DNA from: an uncultured Acidimicrobiaceae bacterium
GTDB lineage: Bacteria; Actinomycetota; Acidimicrobiia; Spongiisociales; UBA5794
Direction of reading: 5' to 3'
Assembly: GCA_964416425.1 (NCBI GenBank)
Contig: CAYQEC010000005.1
Span: forward strand, 9,328-73,327
DNA: 64,000 nucleotides
Every line of letters starts with the position of its first letter. The first letter of the stretch is position 1. The translations under genes were made by a program, and so were the position numbers. The notes beneath the pieces are model-generated. The model was not told the DNA's origin. It worked only from the letters and a program-made list of their open reading frames with translations, and ran no database searches. Shown here piece after piece: positions 27,747-37,512 of the stretch.

Positions 27747-28834
27747 ACGTCCGCCGCCTCGGGAGGTTCGGCGGTAATCGCCGCCTCCTGGGCGACTCGA
27801 CTGTGGTCGAGCACCAGGGTCATCAACTTCTCGATGTAGCCGGGATCGACGCCGAGGGAGATGGCGTCTTCCCGCGCCTCCTGGATCAGCTCGGCCTCAC
27901 GGTCGGGCGACCGCATCGAGAGGCCGCGCGACGCTTTGATGCGGGCGATCTCGATCGAGCTCTGGAGGCGCCGGCCCACCAGCTTGACGAGCTGACGGTC
28001 GATGCGGTCGATCTCGTCCCGCAGCGTCGGGATGCCGAGATCCTCCATGAGCCGTTCGAAGGCGGCGAGGTCGAGCTGGTTGCCGTTCCCGGCGAGAGCA
28101 TGGGCCGGGTCGGGGTGGACCGCCACCACGAGCCCGTCGGCTCCAACCGAGCGGCCCGCCAGCGCCAGCGGGCGCATCAGGTCGTCGCCCGCCATCGCCG
28201 GAGCCGGGTCGATCACCACCGGGAGATGCGACAGGTGCTGCACCACCGGGACGGCGGTGATGTCGAGCGAGTCGGAGGTGCGGGGATCGAAGGTGCGGCT
28301 GCCCCGCTCGCACAGCAGCACCCGCGGGTTGTCCTCGGCGAGGATGTACTCGGCGGCCAGCAACCACTCGTCGATGGTGGCGGCGGCGGCCCGGTGCAGC
28401 ATCACCGGCTTGCCCGCCCGGCCCGCGTCCCGCAGCAGCACGAAGTTCTGCATGTTGTCCGGGCCAACCTCGATCATGTCGATGTGCTCGGCGACGATCT
28501 CGACGTGGCCGGGCTCGATGACCTCGGTGACGGTGGGAAGGCCGGTCTCGTAACCCGCCTTCTCCAGGAGCCAGAGGCCCTCGCGACCCAGTCCCTTGAA
28601 CGAGTATGGCGAGGTCTCCGCCCGGAACGTCCCGGCCCGCAACATCGACGCGCCCGACGCGGCAGCTGTCTCGGCCACCGCCATGATCTGGTCTTCGCTC
28701 TCGACGGCGCTCGGCCCGGCGATCACCGGATACGAGCCGTCGCCGAACTTGACGTTGCCGACGGCGAAGACGGTGGTCTCGACGTCGGGGCGGCGGTGAC
28801 TCTTCAGGATCGGTTCCGGACGCTCGCTGCTCAT
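27743..28834 (-). CDS. Bifunctional DAHP synthase (type I-beta, KDO8PS-like) with a C-terminal AroQ chorismate mutase domain
   Basis: The start is at MSSERPEPIL. The TIM-barrel DAHPS region is followed by the CM helix ...DEIDRIDRQLVKLVGRRLQSSIEIARIKASRGL. Confidence 0.85.
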   Translation of the reverse strand: MSSERPEPILKSHRRPDVETTVFAVGNVKFGDGSYPVIAGPSAVESEDQIMAVAETAAASGASMLRAGTFRAETSPYSFKGLGREGLWLLEKAGYETGLPTVTEVIEPGHVEIVAEHIDMIEVGPDNMQNFVLLRDAGRAGKPVMLHRAAAATIDEWLLAAEYILAEDNPRVLLCERGSRTFDPRTSDSLDITAVPVVQHLSHLPVVIDPAPAMAGDDLMRPLALAGRSVGADGLVVAVHPDPAHALAGNGNQLDLAAFERLMEDLGIPTLRDEIDRIDRQLVKLVGRRLQSSIEIARIKASRGLSMRSPDREAELIQEAREDAISLGVDPGYIEKLMTLVLDHSRVAQEAAITAEPPEAADV

Positions 28835-28861
28835 GGTGCTCTCCTGTGGCGGCGGCCCCGG

Positions 28862-28898
28862 GCACAAAGAAACCCGAAGCCTCTGCCGGCTTCGGGTT
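28862..28898 (-). terminator. Intrinsic terminator for the 29045..29581 gene, 28-64 nt upstream of the DAHPS-CM start
   Basis: On the minus strand an 11 bp perfect stem AACCCGAAGCC/GGCTTCGGGTT with a 6 nt loop is followed by UUUCUUUGUG. Confidence 0.5.
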
Positions 28899-29044
28899 GG
28901 GGGGTTCTCGTGTGCGGCTTCTGCTACCGCGTGCCCTCCACCCGGGCCGACAGCCCGGTAAAGGGATACGCGAAAGAGAAGCCGTATGTCATCGCCGCGA
29001 CAACATACCGGGCCGCGGCCGTCGACGCAATACCGGGGGACCCG

Positions 29045-29581
29045 CTACTGGGCGGAAGGGCCCTTGCGGCGCACGTCTTCGACCTGCACCAGCGCCTGCC
29101 GCAGCTCGCCGAGCCACTCGTCGAGGTTGTGGCCGACCAGCCGGACGCACCAGGCGAGGGCTTCGCTGCGGCTGCGCGCCACCCCGGCGTCGACGAGGGT
29201 GTCGAGCACCTTGCGCTCCCGAAGGCGGAGCCGGGTCATCGCCGGGATCGAGAGGTGGGTGAACAGCATGGCGAACTCCCCGGCCCGAGCACCCCACGAC
29301 ACCTTGCGCTCGAACCGGGCCTCGGCGGCGGTGGCGATCTCGATCCGGCGCTGCCGGGTCTCCTCCCGGTGAGTGGTGATACGCGCCTCACACCGTTCCC
29401 GCCGCACCGGCGCCGCCAGATCGGCGCCGCCTTCCTCGGCGGGGAGGGTGCCGATCACGAGGATCTCGTCGCGATCGACGGCGATCCGCACCGGGCCGCT
29501 GAACCAGCCCTCGGGGATCCGATCCGCGAACCAGGCTTGCAGCTCGGCCTCGTCGATCTCGGGGGGCTTGTCGTGGCCCAT
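29045..29581 (-). CDS. Hypothetical cytoplasmic protein
   Basis: The 178 aa ORF has a protein-like composition and I recognise no motif in it. Confidence 0.5.
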   Translation of the reverse strand: MGHDKPPEIDEAELQAWFADRIPEGWFSGPVRIAVDRDEILVIGTLPAEEGGADLAAPVRRERCEARITTHREETRQRRIEIATAAEARFERKVSWGARAGEFAMLFTHLSIPAMTRLRLRERKVLDTLVDAGVARSRSEALAWCVRLVGHNLDEWLGELRQALVQVEDVRRKGPSAQ

Positions 29582-29844
29582 GGCTGCAGGCTACCGGGCC
29601 ACCCAGAGCCACACGAGCAGGGCGACCCCGGCCACGATCGGCATCCCCACCTCGACGGCATCCCGCAGCCGCCCCACCACCCGGCGTTGCGGCGATCCGA
29701 CCTCGCGCCACACGACGGCCGCCAAGCCCGCCGCGACGAGCACGGTCCCGATCGTCAACACCAGGGTGTGCCACCCGTCCACGGGCCGGAGGTTACCGGC
29801 GCGGCGCCGCCTTCCCGCTTCCCCGCCACCCGTACACTGGCTCG

Positions 29845-30072
29845 ATGGCCACACCACCCGAATCCCTGCTCCGCCGCAGCGCCTGGGTGATGCTGCTCGC
29901 CGCCGCCTGGACCGCCTTCGTGTGGCTCAACCGCATCGTGAACCTGATCGGCGACGATCGTTCCCTCGGATTCCTCGTGGTTCACTACGTCATCGCCGCC
30001 ATCTCCCTGGGCATCGCCGCCGCTCTCGGCTGGTACGGCTGGGGTCTGCTGCGCCGGGCCCGCAGCGGCTGA
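29845..30072 (+). CDS. Small two-TM membrane protein
   Basis: The product is MATPPESLLRRSAWVMLLAAAWTAFVWLNRIVNLIG...VVHYVIAAISLGIAAALGWYGW. Confidence 0.4.
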   Translation: MATPPESLLRRSAWVMLLAAAWTAFVWLNRIVNLIGDDRSLGFLVVHYVIAAISLGIAAALGWYGWGLLRRARSG

Positions 30073-30159
30073 CAACACGCCCGCCACTCACGACGGGTTT
30101 CCTCCCATTCGGGCCATACTGCGTGTCACCCACGGGGGACGACGCCTGCAGGAGGCGAC

Positions 30160-30726
30160 ATGATGGGAAGCCGGTTGCTGCGGATCGCCACGGTCGCGGT
30201 GGCGTGCGTCCTGGTGCTCGCCGGATGCGCCACCGGACCAGATGCGGAGACGGCGACCACCACGTCGGAGGCCGTACCGTCACCGGGACCGATCACCGCG
30301 GAGGTGGAAGCCGACCTCACCGCGCGGGCATTGCAGTCGTATTGTGCGGCGCACTGTGACGACCTGGACCGTTTCGTCTACAACACGACGCTCACCGCCA
30401 CCATGCCGGAGAGCGCCCACCACGCCATGCCTGCCTCGGTGCGGGAGGCCATCGAAGCGGCCGACGACCGGTTCGACTTCGTCACCGGCGCCGAGGCCGA
30501 TGCTCTGTTCGGGCCGGACGGGTTGGTGGACGGAGGGCGGGGCATCCTGCTCAGCGTCGGGCCGGTGCAGTCCCTCACCGACCGTGTCGTCGGCATCGAG
30601 GTCGGTGGCGTCACCGGTCGCGACGGAGGCCTCGGCATCGTCATGCAGTTCGAATGGGACGGTGACTGCTGGACCGCCGTCACACCCGAGCAGAGCGGTG
30701 TCACGGTGACGAGCTGGGTCGCCTGA
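30160..30726 (+). CDS. Lipoprotein, hypothetical
   Basis: The signal peptide and lipobox are VAVACVLVLAGCATG. Confidence 0.65.
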   Translation: MMGSRLLRIATVAVACVLVLAGCATGPDAETATTTSEAVPSPGPITAEVEADLTARALQSYCAAHCDDLDRFVYNTTLTATMPESAHHAMPASVREAIEAADDRFDFVTGAEADALFGPDGLVDGGRGILLSVGPVQSLTDRVVGIEVGGVTGRDGGLGIVMQFEWDGDCWTAVTPEQSGVTVTSWVA

Positions 30727-30813
30727 AAGGAAGCGGCATGACCGTTCAACAGCTCGTCACCGGATTCATCAGCGACGACCTCGGGCTGGAACGCGAGGAG
30801 AACCGGTCTCGCC

Positions 30814-31236
30814 CTACCCGTCGAGGCGTTTCACGAAGAAGTTGCTGGTGACGGTGAACCCGAGCCGCTCGTAGAAGCGACGGGCCTCGGCCCGGGCCAG
30901 GTTGCTGTGTAGGTCCACCATGACGGCGCCGCGGGCCCGGGCCGCCCCCACCACCTCGGCCACCAGCGCCGCCCCGATCCCGGCGGAACGGCGTCCCTCA
31001 TCGACGACGAGGGCGTCGATCGAGGTCACCTTCGCTCCCTGGTGGAGGTGATGACGGGTGTGGAAGGAGACGAAGCCGATCACCTCCCCGTCCTCGGCCA
31101 CGATCGTCTCCGCGCCCGGCTCGGCAGCCAGCCCACGTCGTACCTCGTCCGGCGTCCGTTGGTAACCGAGTTGGCCGAGCAGGGAGACGAGAGCGTCGAT
31201 ATCACCCTCGCGCGCCGGTCGGAAGCTCACCGCCAT
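30814..31236 (-). CDS. GNAT family N-acetyltransferase
   Basis: The acetyl-CoA-binding motif is VVDEGRRSAGIGAALV, followed by YERLGF. Confidence 0.85.
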   Translation of the reverse strand: MAVSFRPAREGDIDALVSLLGQLGYQRTPDEVRRGLAAEPGAETIVAEDGEVIGFVSFHTRHHLHQGAKVTSIDALVVDEGRRSAGIGAALVAEVVGAARARGAVMVDLHSNLARAEARRFYERLGFTVTSNFFVKRLDG

Positions 31237-31328
31237 GTCGCCATGATGGTCCGACTCGTCTCGTGTGAGATCCCCAATATCCCTCAATGACTATTGACGC
31301 AATGGAGGTTGAGGCTTAGGGTGCCGGC

Positions 31329-31994
31329 ATGGCACCACCAGACCTCACCCGGCGAGCCGACCAGTACGCGGCACTCGGAGATGTCGCCCGCCTCGCCATC
31401 GTCGACGACCTCGCCCTCTCCGACCGCTCCCCGACCGAACTGGGATCACGCCACGGGCTCCCCTCCAACCTGCTCGCCCACCACCTCGGCGTGCTGGATC
31501 GGGCCGGGCTCATCGAACGCCACGAGTCGTCCGGCGACCGGAGACGCCGCTACGTGCGCCTCCGTTTCGAGGCCCTCGCCGACCTCCGCATCGGGCTCGC
31601 CATCCCCGACGGCCCGGTACTCTTCATCTGCACCCAGAACTCGGCCCGCTCCCAGCTCGCCGCCGAGCTGTGGAAGCGCCGCACCGGACGCCCGGCGGAG
31701 AGCGCCGGCACCCACCCCGCCGCCCGGGTGCATCCCGGAGCGGTGGCGGCCGCCGCCCGCGCCGGTCTCGACCTCTCCCGAGCCCACCCCCGCCGCCTCG
31801 ACGAGGTGAAGCGCGACCCCGCCCTGGTCGTGACCGTGTGCGATCAGGCCCACGAGGAGCTCACGCCCGGCGAGTCGTGGTGGCACTGGTCGATCCCCGA
31901 CCCGGTCGACTCGTCCCGCTCCGACTCCTTCGACCTCGCCCTCTCCCAGCTCCAGCACCGTGTCGACGCCCTCACAGGAGGCTCCCGCTCATGA
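31329..31994 (+). CDS. ArsR-family HTH fused to LMW-PTP-type arsenate reductase (ArsR-ArsC)
   Basis: The N-terminal ArsR HTH includes LGDVARLAIVDDL...PTELGSRHGLPSNLLAHHLGVL. The C-terminal CX5R P-loop is FICTQNSARSQ. Confidence 0.8.
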   Translation: MAPPDLTRRADQYAALGDVARLAIVDDLALSDRSPTELGSRHGLPSNLLAHHLGVLDRAGLIERHESSGDRRRRYVRLRFEALADLRIGLAIPDGPVLFICTQNSARSQLAAELWKRRTGRPAESAGTHPAARVHPGAVAAAARAGLDLSRAHPRRLDEVKRDPALVVTVCDQAHEELTPGESWWHWSIPDPVDSSRSDSFDLALSQLQHRVDALTGGSRS

Positions 31995-32644
31995 CCGACG
32001 TCACCGGCACCAACCTCACCACCGAGCAGCTCTACCTCGTCAAGCAGTCGGCCCGCCGCCTCCAGGACGAGTTCAGCGGCGTCTTCTCCACCGAGACCGT
32101 GGAACGCTTCATCGCCGAATCCCACCACGACCTCGAGACGCGGGCCTCCGTGACGAGCTGGCTCCCCATCCTCATCGAGCGCTTCACCCGGGACCGCCTC
32201 AAGGCGCTCGCTCGGGTGGAGGGCCTCTCCGCCGACACCAACCCCGCCGTGCTCTTCCTCTGCGTCCACAACGCCGGCCGCTCCCAGATGGCCGCCGGAT
32301 GGCTCCGCCACCTCGCCGGCGACGCCGTCGACGTCTACTCCGGCGGATCGGACCCGGGGTCCGAGATCAACGCCGCGGCGGTCGAGGCGATGGCCGAGAT
32401 CGGCATCGACATCCGCTCCGAGTTCCCCAAACCGTGGACCGACGAGATCGTGCGCGCCGCCGACGTCGTCGTCACCATGGGCTGCGGCGACGCCTGCCCG
32501 CTGTTCCCCGGCAAGCGCTACGAGGACTGGGAGCTCACCGACCCGGCCGGCCAGCCACTCGAGGTGGTCCGCACCGTGCGGGACGACATCGAGCAGCGGG
32601 TCCGCACCCTCATGGAGAGCCTGGACGTGCCGGCCCGGGTGTGA
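31991..32644 (+). CDS. LMW-PTP-family arsenate reductase-like protein with an N-terminal helical extension
   Basis: The ATG overlaps the upstream stop (ATGA). The P-loop is LFLCVHNAGRSQ, and CGDACP lies downstream. Confidence 0.8.
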   Translation: MTDVTGTNLTTEQLYLVKQSARRLQDEFSGVFSTETVERFIAESHHDLETRASVTSWLPILIERFTRDRLKALARVEGLSADTNPAVLFLCVHNAGRSQMAAGWLRHLAGDAVDVYSGGSDPGSEINAAAVEAMAEIGIDIRSEFPKPWTDEIVRAADVVVTMGCGDACPLFPGKRYEDWELTDPAGQPLEVVRTVRDDIEQRVRTLMESLDVPARV

Positions 32645-32657
32645 CCGCCCGACCGGC

Positions 32658-33569
32658 TCAGCCCAACAGCAGCGGATCGATCGCGATGGCGAGGAAGAGC
32701 ACCGCCAGGTAGACGTTGGAGTAGCCGAAGAAGCGCATTGCCTCCCCCGGGTCGCGCCGTAGCCGCCACGTCCCGTACACCAACCAGGCGCCCAGCTCCG
32801 CCGCCGTCGCCAGGTAGATCCATCCCACCGCCCCGGTGGCGAAGAGGAGCAGCGAGACCCCCACCAGCACCACGCTGTAGGCCAGGATGTGGTCGAGGGC
32901 CCGCTCCACCCCCACCACCACCGGCAGCATCGGCACCCCGGCGGCGGCGTAGTCGTCGCGGTAGCGGATCGCCAGTGCCCAGAAATGCGGCGGGGTCCAG
33001 AAGAACACGATGGCGAACATGACCCAGGCCGGCAGCGCCAGCGTGCCGGTGACGGCCGCCCACCCGACCAACGTGGGAACCGAACCGGCGGCCCCGCCGA
33101 TCACGATGTTCTGGGTCGTGGTGCGCTTCAAGGCAATCGAATAGACGAGAACGTAGAACAGCAACGCCGAGGTGGAGAGCAGGGCGACGAGCAGGTTCAC
33201 CGTGAGCCACAGCCAGGCGAACCCGGCAGCGCCCAGCACCATCCCGAAGCCGACCGCGGCCCGCTCCGACACCCGCCCGGTCGGCAGTGGCCGCCGCCGG
33301 GTGCGACCCATCACCCGGTCGATGTCACGGTCGATCACCTGGTTCATGGCGTTGGCCCCGCCCGAGGAGAGGGTGCCGCCGACGAGGGTGGCGAGCACCA
33401 GCCAGGTGTCGGGCCAACCGCCGGCGGCGACGACCATGGCGGGCACGGTGGTGGTGAGCAGCAGCTCGATGATCCGCGGCTTCGTCAGCTCGAGGTAGGC
33501 CTTCGCCTTCTGCGGGAACGTCGCCGCCGGAGCCCGCGGGTCGGTGATCCGGATCTGGGGGGTGCTCAC
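32658..33569 (-). CDS. ctaB: Protoheme IX farnesyltransferase (heme O synthase)
   Basis: A GTG at 33569 overlaps the ctaA stop (GTGA). The UbiA-family motifs are NQVIDRDIDRVM...RTRRRPLP. The 700 aa track ORF is a fusion artefact. Confidence 0.9.
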   Translation of the reverse strand: MSTPQIRITDPRAPAATFPQKAKAYLELTKPRIIELLLTTTVPAMVVAAGGWPDTWLVLATLVGGTLSSGGANAMNQVIDRDIDRVMGRTRRRPLPTGRVSERAAVGFGMVLGAAGFAWLWLTVNLLVALLSTSALLFYVLVYSIALKRTTTQNIVIGGAAGSVPTLVGWAAVTGTLALPAWVMFAIVFFWTPPHFWALAIRYRDDYAAAGVPMLPVVVGVERALDHILAYSVVLVGVSLLLFATGAVGWIYLATAAELGAWLVYGTWRLRRDPGEAMRFFGYSNVYLAVLFLAIAIDPLLLG

Positions 33570-34549
33570 ACCGGATCCGCCACCGGATGGCGGGAGGCCG
33601 GCTCCAGCCCACGGGCGGCGGCGGGCACCGCCAGCACCTGGGCGCCGAGGAGCACGAACAGCACCCAGAGGGCGTCGGCGGCGAGCAAGTGCACCAGCTG
33701 GGCCTCCAAGGGGGTCAGCAAAGCGATGTTGACGACGCCGATCACGAACTGGGCCCACACCACCACCTGCACCGCCAGTGCCAACCTCCGTATCGCCGGC
33801 CCTCCGAGCACCGCGAGACGCCGGGCGAGGACGTAGACGGCGATGCCGCCGGCGATGGCGATGAGCGGGTGCACGGTGCGGAGCCGCAGCAGGAACGGGG
33901 CCGCCGGCCCGAACTCGGCGCGGATGCCTCCCACCACCGACTCGGCCTCGTGGAGCGTGTCGGCCAGAGCGTTGAGCGCCCCGGAGGCGGCGACGGCGAG
34001 GATGATCACCAGGCCGCCCAGCACCCGGCGGTCCCACGGTCGCTCCGGATGCACCTCGAACCCCTTCCCGCCCCCGGCGAAATACGCCACCAGAGCCAAG
34101 GCGCCCAGCAGCAGGAACGTGTTCGTGAGGTGGAGTGGCACCACGAAGGCCCGCCCCACCGAGGCGTTGGTGTCGACCCATCCGAAGACGACGAGTGAGG
34201 CCCCGATCAGCGACTCGATCACGAAGAGCGCCAGCGCGGTCCACAGGGCACGCCGCACCCGGTGCCGGGGCGGGAAGAGGCGCCGGGTCCACACGATGAG
34301 AACGACGATGGCGACCGCCAGTGCCACCGTCGTCATCCGGTGCGTGAACTCGATGAGCGTCTCCGACGTGGCCGAGAACGGGATGATGTGGCCCCGGCAA
34401 CGCGGCCACGTTTCCCCGCAGCCGGCACCCGAACCCGTGGCGCGCACCACCGCGCCGCCCAGGATCACCACCACGGTCAGCGCCAGGACGCTCCACGAGA
34501 GGGCCGTGTACGCGCGAGGAGATGGGGCATCGCGCGAGACTTCTGCCAT
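33566..34549 (-). CDS. ctaA: Heme A synthase (COX15/CtaA)
   Basis: The product is an 8-TM protein with the Cys pair CGETWPRC and conserved His in TM helices (FTHRMTT). Confidence 0.85.
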   Translation of the reverse strand: MAEVSRDAPSPRAYTALSWSVLALTVVVILGGAVVRATGSGAGCGETWPRCRGHIIPFSATSETLIEFTHRMTTVALAVAIVVLIVWTRRLFPPRHRVRRALWTALALFVIESLIGASLVVFGWVDTNASVGRAFVVPLHLTNTFLLLGALALVAYFAGGGKGFEVHPERPWDRRVLGGLVIILAVAASGALNALADTLHEAESVVGGIRAEFGPAAPFLLRLRTVHPLIAIAGGIAVYVLARRLAVLGGPAIRRLALAVQVVVWAQFVIGVVNIALLTPLEAQLVHLLAADALWVLFVLLGAQVLAVPAAARGLEPASRHPVADPV

Positions 34550-34760
34550 GTGCGAAGGCTACCCTTGGTGGCGGCCCATCGGTGTGACGGGCCGTTCGAA
34601 GCGGAGCAAGCGAAGCGACTGCGGCCGGTTCCGGCCGGGAGGACTCGACATTGGGCGGCGAATCCGTCTGGTTTCGGCGTGCTGGTCGTGGAGGTTGTTC
34701 CGGTGCCGAACGTGGAGAGGCACGACGTAAGAGAAGGATCCCCCTTTGGAGGCACCCCAC

Positions 34761-36470
34761 ATGAGTTCATTTGCGAAACGATCGCGATTGCTCGTGGTGA
34801 TCGCCCTCTTTGCACTCATCGCAGCCGCCTGCGGTGACAGCACAGAGGAGACCAGCACGACAGTCGCGGCAACCACCACGACGACGACAGAAGCCGCCAC
34901 GCCCGACGAGACCACTACCACGACGGAAGCGGCCCCAGAGGTGCCCACCGAGCTGGCCGGCCTGACGGTCGTCGACGACACCACCTTCACGGTCGAGCTG
35001 ACCACCGCCGACCCCGAGTTCCCGCTTCGCTTGGCCTACGCAGCGTACTTCCCGCTGCCGGATGCCTTCTTCGACGATCCAGACGCCTACGAAGAGGCCC
35101 CCATTGGGAACGGCCCCTTCATGATGGACGGCACCTGGAACCACGATCAGAACATCCTGCTGACCAAGTGGGAGGATTACCCGGGCTCGAACCCTGCACA
35201 GGTCGGCCAGATCGAGTTCATGATCTTTGCCGACATGGCTACGGCCTATAACGAGGCCCTCGCCGGCAACCTCGATGTCGTGGACACGGTGCTGCCCGAT
35301 TTCCTCGCCGTCTACAAGGACGACTTCCCGGGAAGGAACGCTGAGGCAGGCACCACGAGCTTCGGCTACCTCGGTATCCCCTCCTACGTGGAGGCGTACA
35401 CCAAGGACGTGCGACAGGCCCTGAACATGGCCGTTGACATCGACCTCGTCGTCGAGACGGTCTTCCAGGGTGCCCGTGATCCGGCGCACTCGGTGATCCC
35501 ACCGAACCTCGCCGGGGCGCGGGAGTTCGTCTGCGACAGCTGGAGCTTCGACCCAGCTGCGGCGAAGGCACTGTGGGATGCAGCCGGCTTCGAGGATGAC
35601 ATCGTTGTCTGGTTCAACGAAGGCTCGGGCCACGAACTGTGGGTCGAGGCCATCGTGAACCAGTGGGGCGAGAACCTCGGGATCGACACGTCCGCAGTCC
35701 AATTCGAGCAGATGGAGTGGTCGGAGTATCTGCCGCTGCTCGACGAGCAGGGCGCCACCGGTCCGTTCCGGCTTGGTTGGGGCATGGACTATCCGTCGCC
35801 CTACAACTTCCTGCAGCCGCTGTTCGCTACCGAGAGCACTCCTGACGTTGGCGGGTCGAACAACACGTTCTACAGCAACCCGGACTTCGATCAGGCTCTG
35901 GCCGATGGCGTAGATGCCTTCGCAGCCAGTGGCTCCCTGAGCGACGCCATTCCGTTCTACCAGCATGCTGAGGACATCCTCTGTGAGGATGCCCAGATCA
36001 TCCCGGTGTACTTCGGCAAGAGCCAGTACGTCTGGAACGAGGGCGTCGACAACATCGTGATCGATGCGTTCGCAGACCTCGGCTACACCCTGGCCACTTC
36101 AGACGACGACCACGTGTCGACTGCGCTCGTTGAGCCTGAGCACCTGATGCCTACGAACTCCAACGAGTCCGAGGGCATCGCCGTGCTTCGGGCGCTCTTC
36201 GCGCCGCTCGTCCAGTACGACCCGGCCACGATGGAGCAGTTCCTCTTGTCCGCCGAGTCGGTCTCGTCGGACGACGGAGGCACGACCTGGACCATCGTGC
36301 TGAAGCCTGACTGGACGTTCCACAATGGCGAGCCGGTGACGGCGTCGTCGTTCGTGAACGCCTGGAACTACGGGGCGTACGGCCCGAACGGTCAGCAGAA
36401 CAACAGCTTCTACAACAACATCGTCGGCTACGCCGAGATGAACCCGGCCCCCGAGGAGGAATCCGAGTAG
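34761..36470 (+). CDS. ABC transporter substrate-binding lipoprotein, family 5 (peptide/nickel)
   Basis: A GGAGG precedes the ATG. The lipobox is LIAAACGD and a Thr-rich linker follows. The body is an SBP_bac_5-like domain. Confidence 0.85.
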   Translation: MSSFAKRSRLLVVIALFALIAAACGDSTEETSTTVAATTTTTTEAATPDETTTTTEAAPEVPTELAGLTVVDDTTFTVELTTADPEFPLRLAYAAYFPLPDAFFDDPDAYEEAPIGNGPFMMDGTWNHDQNILLTKWEDYPGSNPAQVGQIEFMIFADMATAYNEALAGNLDVVDTVLPDFLAVYKDDFPGRNAEAGTTSFGYLGIPSYVEAYTKDVRQALNMAVDIDLVVETVFQGARDPAHSVIPPNLAGAREFVCDSWSFDPAAAKALWDAAGFEDDIVVWFNEGSGHELWVEAIVNQWGENLGIDTSAVQFEQMEWSEYLPLLDEQGATGPFRLGWGMDYPSPYNFLQPLFATESTPDVGGSNNTFYSNPDFDQALADGVDAFAASGSLSDAIPFYQHAEDILCEDAQIIPVYFGKSQYVWNEGVDNIVIDAFADLGYTLATSDDDHVSTALVEPEHLMPTNSNESEGIAVLRALFAPLVQYDPATMEQFLLSAESVSSDDGGTTWTIVLKPDWTFHNGEPVTASSFVNAWNYGAYGPNGQQNNSFYNNIVGYAEMNPAPEEESE

Positions 36471-36525
36471 TCGGTTTCATCCATCTGAAGACGCGGAAGG
36501 GCGCTCCGATGGGGCGCCCTTCGGC

Positions 36526-37512
36526 GTGGACCGGATCGATCCGCTAGATTCCTACCGCCCGACCCTGGTGAAGAAGGAGACGCTCTTGGGGCGGTATCTG
36601 GTACGACGAATCCTCCAGTTCATCCCGGTGTTCTTCGTTGCCACCGCCATCATCTTCCTCTTCGTGTACCTGATGCCGGGAGACCCCATCCGGGCACTGG
36701 CTGGTGACCGGCAGATGTCGCCGTCGACCCGCCAGGCGCTGCGGGACCGCTACGACCTCGACGACCCATTTCACGTTCAGTACGTCAAGTACATGGGCCG
36801 GCTCTTCACCGGGGATCTCGGTGAGGATTTCCGCGGCCAACAGGTGACCGAGAAGCTGGCCGCCAAGCTGCCCGTGACCATGCGGCTCGCTCTCATGGCT
36901 TTCGTCTTCGAGGTGGTGATAGGGATCCTCGCCGGGATCCTTGCCGGCGTCCGCAAGAACGGCTTCATGGACAACCTGGTCTTAGCAAGCACGCTGGTGG
37001 TGATTGCGATCCCGATCTTCGTGCTGGGCTTCATAGCCCAGTACATGCTGGGGGTGAGGTTGGGAGTCATGCCGATCTCCTACAACCCCAGTCGTCCGAC
37101 CTTCAGTCTCCTCATGCCTGCGCTGGTACTGGGCTCGGTGTCGCTGGCCTACATCGCCCGCCTCACACGAACCAGCCTGGTAGAGAACCTGCGTGCCGAC
37201 TACGTGCGCACTGCGACTTCGAAGGGACTTTCGCGGCGGCGTGTGGTGGGCATACACACCCTGCGCAATTCGATGATCCCGGTGGTCACCTACCTCGCCA
37301 TCGATCTCGGCGCCCTGATGGGAGGCGCCATCATCACCGAGACCATCTTCAATGTGCCCGGCATCGGCAGAGAGGTGTACAACGCGGTGCGGAGCCAGGA
37401 GAACGCCGTCGTGGTGGGCATCGTCACCTTCCTCGTCGTCGTGTACATGGTCGCCAATCTGGTCGTGGACGTGCTCTACGCCGTGCTCGATCCGAGGATC
37501 CGCTATGACTGA
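36526..37512 (+). CDS. ABC transporter permease (DppB/OppB-like)
   Basis: The product is a BPD_transp_1 permease with 6 TM helices. Confidence 0.9.
   Translation: MDRIDPLDSYRPTLVKKETLLGRYLVRRILQFIPVFFVATAIIFLFVYLMPGDPIRALAGDRQMSPSTRQALRDRYDLDDPFHVQYVKYMGRLFTGDLGEDFRGQQVTEKLAAKLPVTMRLALMAFVFEVVIGILAGILAGVRKNGFMDNLVLASTLVVIAIPIFVLGFIAQYMLGVRLGVMPISYNPSRPTFSLLMPALVLGSVSLAYIARLTRTSLVENLRADYVRTATSKGLSRRRVVGIHTLRNSMIPVVTYLAIDLGALMGGAIITETIFNVPGIGREVYNAVRSQENAVVVGIVTFLVVVYMVANLVVDVLYAVLDPRIRYD

Noticed and set aside
28986-29372. 128 aa + strand ORF
   Set aside because: It is Ser/Arg-rich and antisense to the 29045..29581 gene.
32658-34760. 700 aa ORF as one gene
   Set aside because: It is an artefact of read-through in a high-GC frame. 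The C-terminal 304 aa is CtaB, starting at the GTG at 33569. The N-terminal part is Arg/Gly-rich nonsense that overlaps ctaA in another frame.
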